Of a stretch of 64,000 nucleotides of DNA, positions 35,397-47,822 are shown piece by piece. The position numbers were made by a program, and so were the translations under genes. Position 1 is the stretch's first letter; every line of letters begins with the position of its first letter. The notes beneath the pieces were generated by a model. The model saw only the letters and a list, made by a program, of their open reading frames with translations, had not been told where the DNA came from and did not search any database. This DNA comes from Planctomycetota bacterium (GTDB lineage: Bacteria; Planctomycetota; B15-G4; SIAN01), in NCBI GenBank assembly GCA_031409275.1, contig JANNXA010000050.1, positions 1-64,000 on the forward strand, read 5' to 3'.

Positions 35397-38076
35397 GGCG
35401 CCGTCCACCACCACCGGCGTCTTGCGCGAACGGTGCGTCGAACTCCGACGGGTCGACCTCGGCGCTCTCCGGAAGCGCTTCGTAGCGACGGCGCGCGCGT
35501 TTGGCTGGCGGCTTCGCGCCCGCTTCCGTCGCGTCCGCGGCCTTCGGCGGCGGATCGAGCTGCAAGTCCCACGCAAGCCGCTGCAAGCCCACCTGCTTGG
35601 CCACCGCGACCGTTCGCACCACCTTGCCCGCCGCATCGACGATCTCGACCTTGGCCTCCTCGCTCGCCGACTGCATCCAGATCCACAGCGGCGCGCCAGG
35701 CGGCGGATTCGCGGCGCGGAAGTTCCGATCGCCGCTCCAGCCGCCGCCCGATCCGAAACCGCCGCGCCACAGCGTCGCCGGCGCGGGGGCGAAGAGCATC
35801 GCCGCGGCCGCCAACGACTCGGCGTTCAACTGCTCGTGCGCGGAAACTTCAACGACGAAGAGGCCGCGGCCGTGCGTCGCGACCACCACCTCCGGTTCGC
35901 GCGGATGGATCGTGAGGTCGAGCACCGAGACGAGCGGCAGATCGCTGGCGAGCGGCTGCCAGTGGTCGCCGCGATCGATCGAGAAGAAGGCGCCTGCATC
36001 GCTCCCGAGGAAGAGCGTGCCGGCGCGGCGCGGGCTTTCGTGGATCACGTTGACCGGCCCGTCGGGCAGCCCATTCGTGATCGCCTCGAAGGTGGCGCCG
36101 CCGTCGCTCGTCCGGAAGACGTAAGGGGCGAAATCATCGTCGCGAAAGCCGCTGACCGTGACCCACGCCACCGCCCGATCGTGCGGCGAGAGTTCGACGC
36201 GGGTGACCCAGCGCGCGGCGGGCAAGTCGGGCAGTCGCGCTTCGATCGACTCGAAGGTGCGTCCGCCGTCGCGGCTCCACTGCACGCGACCGTCGTCGCT
36301 GCCGACCAGCAGGAGGTCAGGGTCGAGCGGCGACTCGCTGATCGTCGTGAGCGTGCAATGCGGCACGTTGCCGGCGACTTTCGCGGGGTCGTTCGTGGTG
36401 AGGTCGCCGCTGATCGCCTTCCAATGGTCGCCACGATCGAGCGAGCGCCACAACCGCTGCGAGCCGAAGTAGACCACCTGCGAGTTGTGGCTCGACAGCA
36501 GCAACGGCGAGCACCAGTTGAAGCGGTCGCTCTCCCCCTCGGCGCCGCGCGGCTGGATCCACGCCGACTCGCGGCGTCGCGTGTCGGTGCGTGAGAGCGC
36601 TCCGAACTGCGACTCGAGGTAGACGGTGTCGGGGTCCTTGGGATCGGCCAGCACGTACATCCCGTCGCCGCCGCCGATGAAGCGCCAGTCGGCGCTGGTC
36701 GCGCCGCCATAGCCACGCGTGCGCGACGGCCCCATCCAGACGCCGTTGTCCTGCAGCCCGCCATAGACGCGATACGGCCGGCGACGGTCGACGCTGACCG
36801 TATAGAACTGCGCCAGCGAGAGGTTCTGGTAGTAGTCGAACGTCGCGCCGTCGTCGTAGCTCTGTGCCAGCCCGCCGTCGTTGCCGAGCAGCACGCGGCC
36901 GCGCGTCGCCGGATCGATCCAGAGCGCATGGTGATCGGAGTGGAGCGAGCCGGCGACCTCGCTGGCGAAGCTCTTGCCACCGTCCTTCGAGACGAAGACC
37001 TCGATGCCCAGCAGCCAGACGTGGTCGGAGTCGTGCGGATCGACGCGGATCTGGCCGTAGTAGTAGGGCGGCTGGCCGCTCACTGGCTTCTCGTTGCGCT
37101 TCTCCCACGTGTTGCCGCCATCCGCGCTGCGCCAGACTTCGCCGCCGATGGCGCGCTTCGTCGGCGGGTCGCCTTTCTTCTCCGCCGGCACGTCGATCTG
37201 GTTCTGATTGTCGATGCAGGCGTAGAGGAGCCCCGCCTCGGCGGCACTGAACGCGACGCCGATGCGGCCGAGCTTGCCGCCGGGCAAGCCGCCCGCGAGC
37301 CGCCGCCAGCTCGTGCCCCCATCGATCGAGCGGTAGATCGCCGAATCGCCGACGTCATCGAAGTTCCACGCGCGCCGGAGGCGCTGATAGGTCGCGGCGT
37401 AAAGGGTGTCGGGGTCGCGTGGATCGAACACGACGTCGGCCACGCCGATCTGATCGCCGCGTCCGAGCACCAGCTCCCAGGTCGCGCCGCCATCGGTCGT
37501 CTTGTAGAGCCCGCGCTGCGCATTCGCGGTGTAGAGGTGGCCCAGTGCCGCGACATACGCGGTCGCGGCGTCGCGCGGATCGACGACGACGCGGCCGATG
37601 TGGTGCGAATCGTCGAGGCCGACGTGCGCGAAGGTCTTGCCGCCATTCGTCGAGCGCCAGACGCCGTTGCCGGCGTAGCTGCTGCGTTGGTTGTTGCCCT
37701 CGCCGCTGCCGATCCAGACGACGTCGGGGTCGCTTGGCGCGACCGCGATGTCGCCGATCGAAAGCGCGTCGGCGAAGAGGCAGCTCCAGGTCGTGCCGTT
37801 GTTGACCGACTTCCACACTCCGCCGGAAGCCGACGCCGCCCACAGCTCGTAGGGTCGCTGCGCGGGTACGTCGACATCGACGATGCGCCCGCCCGGTGCC
37901 GCCGGCCCGAGCGGCCGCGCCGTGCTGGCGCCCAGCTGTGCCGGATCGATCGACTGCGCGAAGAGCGGTGCGGCCGCGAGCGCGGACACCACCAGCAGCC
38001 AACGCAGCTCACGCACGGATCGGGACGACGCCAAGGCGATCTCCTGTTGCACCGATGGCTCAGAGCACGCGTTCAT
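35284..38076 (-). CDS. Secreted BNR/Asp-box (sortilin/VPS10-like) beta-propeller glycosyl-hydrolase-like protein
   Basis: Many SxDGGxTW Asp-boxes; GGLQDNG; GGDG; RFNWCSP; ATHGRG; signal-like LLVVSALAAAPLFAQ. Alternative start GTG 38016. Confidence 0.85.
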   Translation of the reverse strand: MNACSEPSVQQEIALASSRSVRELRWLLVVSALAAAPLFAQSIDPAQLGASTARPLGPAAPGGRIVDVDVPAQRPYELWAASASGGVWKSVNNGTTWSCLFADALSIGDIAVAPSDPDVVWIGSGEGNNQRSSYAGNGVWRSTNGGKTFAHVGLDDSHHIGRVVVDPRDAATAYVAALGHLYTANAQRGLYKTTDGGATWELVLGRGDQIGVADVVFDPRDPDTLYAATYQRLRRAWNFDDVGDSAIYRSIDGGTSWRRLAGGLPGGKLGRIGVAFSAAEAGLLYACIDNQNQIDVPAEKKGDPPTKRAIGGEVWRSADGGNTWEKRNEKPVSGQPPYYYGQIRVDPHDSDHVWLLGIEVFVSKDGGKSFASEVAGSLHSDHHALWIDPATRGRVLLGNDGGLAQSYDDGATFDYYQNLSLAQFYTVSVDRRRPYRVYGGLQDNGVWMGPSRTRGYGGATSADWRFIGGGDGMYVLADPKDPDTVYLESQFGALSRTDTRRRESAWIQPRGAEGESDRFNWCSPLLLSSHNSQVVYFGSQRLWRSLDRGDHWKAISGDLTTNDPAKVAGNVPHCTLTTISESPLDPDLLLVGSDDGRVQWSRDGGRTFESIEARLPDLPAARWVTRVELSPHDRAVAWVTVSGFRDDDFAPYVFRTSDGGATFEAITNGLPDGPVNVIHESPRRAGTLFLGSDAGAFFSIDRGDHWQPLASDLPLVSVLDLTIHPREPEVVVATHGRGLFVVEVSAHEQLNAESLAAAAMLFAPAPATLWRGGFGSGGGWSGDRNFRAANPPPGAPLWIWMQSASEEAKVEIVDAAGKVVRTVAVAKQVGLQRLAWDLQLDPPPKAADATEAGAKPPAKRARRRYEALPESAEVDPSEFDAPFAQDAGGGGRRRGGGSATPGRYTVRLSAAGVVSEQPLEVVADPGPDGG

Positions 38077-38090
38077 TCCGTCAGGCGCTC

Positions 38091-40272
<2,182 letters not shown>

Positions 40273-40280
<8 letters not shown>

Positions 40281-41715
40281 TCGCAAGTTCCGTCCGCGAG
40301 ATGCCCAGTTCCTTCAGCTTCAACTGCAGCCCCTTGCGCGACAGACCGAGCGCGGTCGCCGCGTGCGTCACGTTGCCCGATTGCTCGCGCAGCGTGCGCG
40401 TGATGATGTCGCGCTCGAGGTGGGCGACGGCGTCGCGCACCACATCCTTCAGCGGACCGGCGCCGACCCGCAGCGGTGCCGCTTGCGCGGGCGCGCCATC
40501 GAAGGCTGCCACGGGCGCCGGCGCGTCCCCGCTGCGCAGCGCCTGCGGCAAATCGCTTTCGCGCAGCTCGCGATCGGCCAGTACCACCAGCGACTCGATC
40601 ACGTTCTCGAGCTCGCGCACGTTGCCCGGCCAATCGTGCGCCACCAGGCGAGCGAGCAGTGCGCCGCTCGCCGGCGCCACCGACTTCTTCGAGCGCGCGC
40701 CGTGCTTCTTGCGGAAGTGCTCGACGAGCTCGGGGATGTCCTCGCGCCGGTCGCGCAGCGGCGGCAGCTCGATGGTCAGCACCGCGAGCCGAAACCAGAG
40801 GTCGCGGCGGAACGCGCCGCTCTCGACCTTCTGCGCGAGGTCAGGATGGGTGGCCGCGACCAGCCGCACGTCGACCTTGCGGGTCGTCGCCGCGCCGACG
40901 CGCTGGATCTCGCGCTGCTCGAGCGCGCGCAGGACCTTCGGCTGCACCTTCAAGTCCATGTCCCCCACCTCGTCGAGGAAGAGGGTGCCGCCATCGGCGA
41001 GCTCGAAGCGGCCGGGCCGCGTCGCGACCGCGCCGGTGAAAGCGCCACGCTCGTGGCCGAAGAGCTCCGCCTCGACCATCGTCTCGGGGATCGCGGCGCA
41101 ATTGGTGGCAACGAAGCTCGCGGACGCGCGCGGCGAAAGTTCATGCAGCGCGCGCGCGACGAGCTCCTTGCCGGTGCCCGTCTCGCCCAGGATCAGCACG
41201 TTGGTCGGCGCGCCCGCGACCTTCTGGATGCGCTCGCGAACGCGCGCCATCGCGGCGCCCGAGCCGACTAGCGCTTGCAAGGCGGGTTGCGCTTCGTGCA
41301 CTTCGCGCCGACGCGTCATCCGCGTTGCGAGCGCGCGCTCGAGCACCTGCGCGAGCTCGTCCTTGTCGAACGGCTTGGTGAGGAAGTCGAACGCGCCGCG
41401 TCGCATCGCATCGACGGCGGTGGCGACGTTTCCATGCGCCGTCAGCATCACCACCGGCGTCTCGGGTTGTTCTCGGCGCAGCTGATCGAGCAGTTGCGCG
41501 CCGTCCATCCCCGGCATCCGCAGGTCGGTCAGCACCGCGCCGTACGCCCGTTCGCGGGCGCGCGCGAGTCCTTCCGCGCCATCGGCGGCCTCGTCGACCG
41601 AGTAGCCCTCGCGTTCGAGCAACCCCTTCAAGACCGCGCGCAAGTTGACCTCGTCGTCGACGAGCAGCAGACGGCACGGATCCTCAAGCGGGCGGCGCGG
41701 CGGCATCGGCGACAT
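40273..41715 (-). CDS. Sigma-54-dependent response regulator (NtrC/AtoC family)
   Basis: Receiver domain (LLVDDE, TDLRMPGMDG); GETGTGKE; GAFTGA; LFLDE; WPGNVREL; Fis-type HTH. Confidence 0.95.
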
Positions 41716-43561
41716 GGGCTCCTCCGCGTGGGGTCGCCGTCGAGTCCGCGGCGACGGGGATCGGGATGGTCAGGACGAAGTGGGCGCCACGGTAGCCACC
41801 ATCGGACGCGGCGAGTGCGAGCGTCCCGCCGTGCGCCAACGCGACCCGCTGCGCCACCGCCAACCCCAGTCCGCTGCCGGTCGGCCGCGTCGTGAAGAAG
41901 GGCAGGAAGACCTGCGCTTGCTGCTCGACCGGGATGCCGGGCCCATCGTCGCGCACGTGCCAGACGATGGCGCGGTCGTTCGCCTCCAACGTCAGCTCGA
42001 CCCGGCCCCCACTCGGTTGCACCGCGATTGCATTCAGCAGCAGATTGAGCAGCGCGTGGCGCACTTGATCGCCGTCGAGCGCGAGCGGCGCCACCGTCTC
42101 GCCACCGACCAGCGAGTGCGTCACGCGGAAAGCGGCCGCGCGCTCCGAAGCGAGCAGCAGCGCCGCCTGCGCGACGGCGCGGGGCGACTGCAGCTGCCGC
42201 TCGAGCCGCGGCTCGCGACCGAGCGCCAAGGCGTCGGTGACGACGCGATCGAGGCGGCGCGCCTCGGCTCGCAAGATCGAGAGCCACTTCTCCGCGTCGG
42301 GTCCCGCCCGCGATTCGGGCGTGTCGAGCAGATCGAGCGCGCCCAGGATCGCCCCCAGCGGGTTCTTGATCTCGTGGGCGATGCCGGCCGCCAGCGCGCC
42401 AAGCTGCGCCAACCGTTGCGCGCGCTGCCGCTCCTCCTGCGCCTCGATCGCGCGCAACGCGACCGCGATGCGACCGGCGAGGCGGCGCAGGGCACGGCGC
42501 AGCACGCGCGCTTCGAGCAGCCGCGGCTCGCGCAGTTCGAGCCGCAGCCAGCCCAGTCGCACGCCCCCCACCTTCACGGCGAGCACGACCGTCCCCTCGA
42601 CGCCACCGCGACGCGGCCGCACCGTCAGCAGCTCCGCGTGGCGCACGTCGCCATCGACCGGAGCCGTCAGCGATCGCGCCAGCTCGGCGCCGAGTTCGGC
42701 GCGCGAGGTCGCCTGCGCCAGCACTTCGTCCTGCGCCTCGAAATGGGCCAGCAGCGCGCGCCGACGCCGTTCGCGCTCGCGCGCCGACGGTGAGCGCAGG
42801 AAGCGGGCGAGCGGCGCTCGCAACAAGAGCAGCGTGAGCAGCGCGAACCAGACCAGCACCAGCCGCAGCGGTGTCGCATCGACCCGTTCGAGCACGAGGA
42901 CGAGCGGGTAGGCGGCGACCAGCGCCGCAACCGCCAGCGCCGCCGCGCGACCGAACAGGGGCTTGAGTTCGAACAGTCCATGGCGCGCCACGGCCGAGCC
43001 GAGCAGCGCCACGAGCGCCACGCTGCCGATGCCGGCCAACCGCGGCAACTGCGGCAGCGGCTCGAACAATCCGAGCACATCGACGAGCGCCGCGACCACC
43101 GCGAACAACGCCGCCACCAGGAACGCACGCATCGGCTCGCGCCGTGCACGCGCGGCGCGAGCCAGCGCGACCAGCACCACCAGGAGGCCGGGGAAGAGGA
43201 GCCACGCCGCAGCATCGATCGCTCGATCGCCGATCAACGCGAGCGGCACCGCCGCGACCAGCACGATCCACCAGGTGAAGCGCGCCAGACGCAGCCGTTG
43301 CGGTCCGGCTTGCGCGATCTGCGCGGCGAGCTCGAGTCCGAGCGGCAACAGGGCGAGCGCGATGATCCAGAGCAGCTCGGATCCGACGTGCGGAGCGAAC
43401 AGGTCGTGGAAGAAGAGCGCCGCGCTCCAGACGGAAAGCGTCAGCGCGACGCGACCGAACGCGCGTGGCACTGGATGGCCGGAACGGCGCGCGGCGAGCG
43501 CGAAGAGCAGATGGCCCAGCGCCGCAACGGCGCTCGCGAGCAGTGGCAGGGCGCGTTCCAT
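41684..43561 (-). CDS. Multi-TM sensor histidine kinase
   Basis: Several N-terminal TM helices. H-box AHEIKNPL, N-box NLLLNA, DDGPG, FLPFFTT, GSGLGL. Confidence 0.92.
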   Translation of the reverse strand: MERALPLLASAVAALGHLLFALAARRSGHPVPRAFGRVALTLSVWSAALFFHDLFAPHVGSELLWIIALALLPLGLELAAQIAQAGPQRLRLARFTWWIVLVAAVPLALIGDRAIDAAAWLLFPGLLVVLVALARAARARREPMRAFLVAALFAVVAALVDVLGLFEPLPQLPRLAGIGSVALVALLGSAVARHGLFELKPLFGRAAALAVAALVAAYPLVLVLERVDATPLRLVLVWFALLTLLLLRAPLARFLRSPSARERERRRRALLAHFEAQDEVLAQATSRAELGAELARSLTAPVDGDVRHAELLTVRPRRGGVEGTVVLAVKVGGVRLGWLRLELREPRLLEARVLRRALRRLAGRIAVALRAIEAQEERQRAQRLAQLGALAAGIAHEIKNPLGAILGALDLLDTPESRAGPDAEKWLSILRAEARRLDRVVTDALALGREPRLERQLQSPRAVAQAALLLASERAAAFRVTHSLVGGETVAPLALDGDQVRHALLNLLLNAIAVQPSGGRVELTLEANDRAIVWHVRDDGPGIPVEQQAQVFLPFFTTRPTGSGLGLAVAQRVALAHGGTLALAASDGGYRGAHFVLTIPIPVAADSTATPRGGAHVADAAAPPA

Positions 43562-43599
43562 CGCCGGCGAGACCTAACGCCGCTGCCGGCGCGTCAACG

Positions 43600-44307
43600 T
43601 CACGCGGCCGCCGCTTCGGCTTGCTTCAGCAGTCGATCGTTCAGTTGCCGGAGCTCTTCGCAGAGCGCCTCGTCCTTGCCGCCCACCGCGCGCAAGAAGT
43701 CGTCGAGGTCTTGAGCGCCGCGCGCCTGCAGGACCCCTTCGGCCACCTGATAGAAGGTCGCGTACTCGTGCTCGTCGAGCGGCCGCGCCAGCGTCTGCAC
43801 GATGCGGACGCGATCCTTCTCGTAGGCCTCGCGCGCGGGCTTCACCGCAGCGGTGGGGTCGAGCTGGGCCAGCGCGATCAGCGCCGCATGCCGGCGCGCA
43901 GGGTCGCGAAGGGCCGCCTCGACGACCGGGCGACCCGGCTCGAAGCGACGCCCACCGATCGCGAGCAGCAGCGACAGATGGGCTTCGAGGTCGTTTTTGA
44001 TCCGCTTCTCGTTGGCCACGGCCACCGCCAGGTCGAAGGGGCGATTGCACGCGCCGAGGATGGCGAGCGCCTGCGCCTGCGCCTTGGCATCGTCGCCAGC
44101 GACCATCTCGGCGAGCGTCTGGTCGAAGGTCGGCAGATGCTCGGGATCGACCTCGGCGAGGAAGTCGTCAAGATCTCCGAAGGGATCCTCCGCCAGCAGC
44201 GAAGCATCCCCCTGTTCGAGCTCGAAGAAGAAGTCCCGCCAACTCTGACGGCAGCGGAAGAAGAGCACTTCGAGTTCGCGCAATCGCCCGGTCGTAGACC
44301 GCTTCAT
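43600..44307 (-). CDS. Hypothetical helical protein
   Basis: Protein-like composition. Fills the gap co-directionally upstream of the kinase. No family recognised. Confidence 0.65.
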   Translation of the reverse strand: MKRSTTGRLRELEVLFFRCRQSWRDFFFELEQGDASLLAEDPFGDLDDFLAEVDPEHLPTFDQTLAEMVAGDDAKAQAQALAILGACNRPFDLAVAVANEKRIKNDLEAHLSLLLAIGGRRFEPGRPVVEAALRDPARRHAALIALAQLDPTAAVKPAREAYEKDRVRIVQTLARPLDEHEYATFYQVAEGVLQARGAQDLDDFLRAVGGKDEALCEELRQLNDRLLKQAEAAAA

Positions 44308-44458
44308 GGCCCCAAGCTTGAATCGAAAAGCCGGCGCGAGCACCGTCCTCCGGAGCGGCGACACGCAGCAGGCGGAACGGACGCGGAGTAGAACCACCCC
44401 CCCGGATGCCCGTCAAGTCCCGCGCCCCGCCTCCGGCACCGGATGAGAGTCGTCGCCC

Positions 44459-45514
44459 ATGAGCCGCGCCCTGACCGACCGCCCTCGCAGCCTCTTCGCG
44501 CCGACGCTCGCCGATTTCACGGCGGCGGTCGCGGCGCAGGGCGGCAAGGCGGCGCACGCGCGCGAACTGCGCCGCGGCGTGCTGCGCCACGGCGGGAGGC
44601 CGCTGGCCGCGATCGAGGTGCGCCGCGTGGCGCTGCCGCACGGGCTGATCGAGCGGCTCGACGCGCAGGCGTGGCGCGCCACCGAATCGAGCGTCGCGCT
44701 GGCGGCGCCGTCGGGCGACGGCTCGACCAAGCTCGTCCTCGCGTTGGCCGATGGCAAGAGCGTCGAGGCGGTGGTGATGCCGGCCGAGAAGGGGCACTTC
44801 GCCGTCTGCATCTCGAGCCAGGTGGGCTGCCCGGTCGGCTGCCCCTTCTGCGCCAGCGGCATCGGCGGCCTGGTGCGCCACCTCGCGGCGCACGAGATCG
44901 TCGAGCAGGTGGTCCATGCGCGCGCGATCGCCGACGTGCGGCGCATCGTGGTCATGGGGATCGGCGAGCCGCTGCTCAACTTCGACGCGCTGCTGCCGGC
45001 GCTCGACGTGCTGGTGGCGGAGGGCGGCTTCGCGGAGCCGCGCATCGTCGTCTCGTCGGTCGGCTTCCCGGAACGGGTGCGTCGCCTCGCCGCGAGCGGT
45101 CGGCGCTTCGGCCTCGCCATCTCGCTCCACTCGATCGACGACGCGCAACGCGATCAGCTGGTGCCAGCGATGCGCGGCGTGAAGGTCGCCGAGGTGATCG
45201 CGGCCGCGGCCGCGTGGGCCGACGCAACCGGCGGCCGCATCCAATTCGAGTACGTGGTGCTGCGCGGCGTGAACGACGAGATCGCCGCCTGCGATGAGCT
45301 GGTGCGACAACTCAAGGGGCTGCCGGCCTACGTGAATTTCATCGCGTGGAACGACGTGCCCGGACTGCCCTTCACGCGCCCCGAAGACGAGCGTGTCGCC
45401 GTGATGGTGCGCCGTTGCCGCGATGGCGGCCTGCTGGCCACGCGGCGTCGAACCCTGGGCGGCGACGCGACGGCGGCGTGCGGTCAGCTGCGCCGCAGCC
45501 TCGGCGCGCGCTGA
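44459..45514 (+). CDS. rlmN: RlmN/Cfr-family radical SAM RNA methyltransferase
   Basis: CISSQVGCPVGCPFC, MGIGEP, ISLH, EYVVLRGVND, AACGQL. May be a paralog rather than the main RlmN. Confidence 0.8.
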   Translation: MSRALTDRPRSLFAPTLADFTAAVAAQGGKAAHARELRRGVLRHGGRPLAAIEVRRVALPHGLIERLDAQAWRATESSVALAAPSGDGSTKLVLALADGKSVEAVVMPAEKGHFAVCISSQVGCPVGCPFCASGIGGLVRHLAAHEIVEQVVHARAIADVRRIVVMGIGEPLLNFDALLPALDVLVAEGGFAEPRIVVSSVGFPERVRRLAASGRRFGLAISLHSIDDAQRDQLVPAMRGVKVAEVIAAAAAWADATGGRIQFEYVVLRGVNDEIAACDELVRQLKGLPAYVNFIAWNDVPGLPFTRPEDERVAVMVRRCRDGGLLATRRRTLGGDATAACGQLRRSLGAR

Positions 45515-45523
45515 GCGGCCGCG

Positions 45524-47764
45524 TCACGAACCGGCGGCGGGCGGTGGCGGCAACGTGAAGAGCGCGTCATCGAGCGCGACGTTCACCTCCGCTTGCTCGA
45601 ACTGGAGGATCATCTTGCCGATGTCGGGAGACTGCGACTCGCGGTGGAACGCGAGCTTCATGCCACCGACGTTGCGAACGTCGCTGAGGAGCGCGATGGG
45701 TAACGCGACCGGAAGCGCCGGGAACGCGACGCCGCCCTCGATCGCCACCGTACGGAAGTCCTTGGCCGACACGTAGAAGCCGGACGGGTTGCCGCCGGCG
45801 GTCGTCACCTTGACGGCGTAGCAACGTTCACCGAGCGCCACGCCGATCCCGCTGTTGAAGACGGTGCCTTGCAACTCGACTTCGTCGGCGACATCGAGCC
45901 AGGAGCCCGCCATCGCCAGCGGGTTGGCCAGCAGGTTGGCGGCGACCTCTTCCGCGTTCAGCTCCGGCTTGCTTCCGAGGTGCGCGGCGAAGGTGCCGCG
46001 GCCGCCGGCAACGATCAGCGTCGACTTGCCAAACGGCGAGGCGTCGAAGTCGATGCGCAGATCGTCGGGCCCGCGCGCCAGCAGGGTGTAGCGGCCGACG
46101 ACGCCCGCCTGCGGGTAGCGCATCGTGCCGGTCATGCGCAGCGTGCGAATCGCGGTCGCCGCGTCGCTGCCCACCGCGAGCGAGCGCTTCTCGAAGAACT
46201 CATCGAGCGTCAGGTCGGAGCTGGTCGTGGCCACGACGCTGTTCACCGCCTTCATCCGGCGGACGGCGTAGCCCTGCGTCAGCGTCAAGGCCAGCGCGTG
46301 CCCTTCACTGTCCTGCTGGATCGAGATCCACGAATCGGGCTCCTCCTTCAGCCAGCAGCGCCCTTGCGCATCGGGCCACCCCAACGTGTAGGCGGTCGTC
46401 GCCCACTGTCCGAGGCCCGGAGGAATCACCAGCACGAGGCGGCCGTTGATGACGACCAGTTGATTGTTGGGGCGTCCATCGATGCCGCCGGTGAAAGCGC
46501 CTTCGAGCTTCTCGCACGCTTCCTTGGTGAGCGGCGCCCCTTCGACCAGCGGACGGCGCTCCTTCCACGGGCCGAACAGTGCATCGAAGACCAGCGGGAA
46601 GATGCCCGACTGCAGTTGCGTCTGGCTCGTGTTCGACAGCATCACGAGGCCGCAGTCGCGATCGTGCAGCATCCCGACCGCCGTGGCGTAACCCGGCACG
46701 TTGCCGCCGTGCTCGATCACCCTGTGCTTGCCGCCGTCGGCGTCGCGCCACTCCTGGCCGTCGTCGGTGTGGAGGAACCAGCCGCGGCCGTAGGAGGGCT
46801 TGAGGTCGTCGTCATCGCTCCAGAGGTGGTCGATCTGCGCATCGCTGACCAGCCGCGAATCGCCCCACGCGCCGCGCTTCAGCAGGAAGCGCACCCACTG
46901 CGCCATGTCGACCACGTCACCGTAGATGCCGCCCGCCGCGGCCATGTTGTCGAGGTCGAGCCAGTCGACCGGGGTGAACGTCTGCTTCGCGGAATTCCAG
47001 TCGTAGCGCTTGGAGAGCAGCGGATCGGCGAACGCCACGTCCGCCGACGACGTGACGCGCTTCATCTCGAGCGGCTGGAAGATGCGCTCGGCCAGCAGTT
47101 CGTCGTAGCTCTTGCCGGTGACTTCGGCCGCGCACTCGCCGGCCAGCAGGAACATGGCGTTGTTGTATTGCCACGCCCCCTTGAAGGGCGTCTGCTTGTC
47201 GGTTCCGGCCAGCAGTTGCAGCAGCTCGCGGCGGGTCGCCGGCGTTCCGAGCCAGGCGACGTCGGTGCGCGTCAACCCGGTGCGATGCGAGAGGATGTCA
47301 TCCAGCGTCGCCTGCGCATCGATGTCCGAGTCCTTGAATCGGAAGTCGGGCAGCCACGTCGCCGGCCGCGCCTTCCAATCGAGCTTGCCCTCGTCGACCA
47401 GCATCGCGCACAGCATCGACGTGAACGCCTTGCTGGCCGAGCCGATGGCGTAGCGCGTGCGCTCGGTCGCGGCGACCTTCGCCTCGCGATCCGCGAGCCC
47501 GAAACCGCGCGCGAAGATCAGCTGATCGCCCTTCACGATCGCGAGCGAGAGGCCGCTGATGTGGAGCATCTCGCACCGCGCGTCGAGATCCTCGCTCAGT
47601 CGCGACAGCCGCATCTCGAGCGTCGGCTCGTCTCCAACCGGCGCGGCCAGCGGGGCCGACGCGACCGCGGCGAACCATGGCAAAGCGAAGGCAGCGATCA
47701 CGCGAAGGCTCCGTGGCGGGAAGAAATTGGCCCTGGCTGCAGATGCCGCGGTTGGACGCAACAC
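45524..47764 (-). CDS. Secreted serine hydrolase (beta-lactamase class C/PBP-like) with C-terminal extension
   Basis: SxxK (GSASK), LSHRTG, YNN, HGG. Signal peptide; the true start may be GTG ~47702. Confidence 0.85.
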   Translation of the reverse strand: MLRPTAASAARANFFPPRSLRVIAAFALPWFAAVASAPLAAPVGDEPTLEMRLSRLSEDLDARCEMLHISGLSLAIVKGDQLIFARGFGLADREAKVAATERTRYAIGSASKAFTSMLCAMLVDEGKLDWKARPATWLPDFRFKDSDIDAQATLDDILSHRTGLTRTDVAWLGTPATRRELLQLLAGTDKQTPFKGAWQYNNAMFLLAGECAAEVTGKSYDELLAERIFQPLEMKRVTSSADVAFADPLLSKRYDWNSAKQTFTPVDWLDLDNMAAAGGIYGDVVDMAQWVRFLLKRGAWGDSRLVSDAQIDHLWSDDDDLKPSYGRGWFLHTDDGQEWRDADGGKHRVIEHGGNVPGYATAVGMLHDRDCGLVMLSNTSQTQLQSGIFPLVFDALFGPWKERRPLVEGAPLTKEACEKLEGAFTGGIDGRPNNQLVVINGRLVLVIPPGLGQWATTAYTLGWPDAQGRCWLKEEPDSWISIQQDSEGHALALTLTQGYAVRRMKAVNSVVATTSSDLTLDEFFEKRSLAVGSDAATAIRTLRMTGTMRYPQAGVVGRYTLLARGPDDLRIDFDASPFGKSTLIVAGGRGTFAAHLGSKPELNAEEVAANLLANPLAMAGSWLDVADEVELQGTVFNSGIGVALGERCYAVKVTTAGGNPSGFYVSAKDFRTVAIEGGVAFPALPVALPIALLSDVRNVGGMKLAFHRESQSPDIGKMILQFEQAEVNVALDDALFTLPPPPAAGS

Positions 47765-47822
47765 GGTACGACGGGGACCTCGATCCGTTGCGGCGACGGA
47801 CTCTCAGCGGATCGTCTGCCCC

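Noticed and set aside
44459..47764. Antibiotic-resistance pair (Cfr plus beta-lactamase)
   Set aside because: The motifs support only family-level RlmN-like and serine-hydrolase calls. The genes are convergent and show no mobile context.
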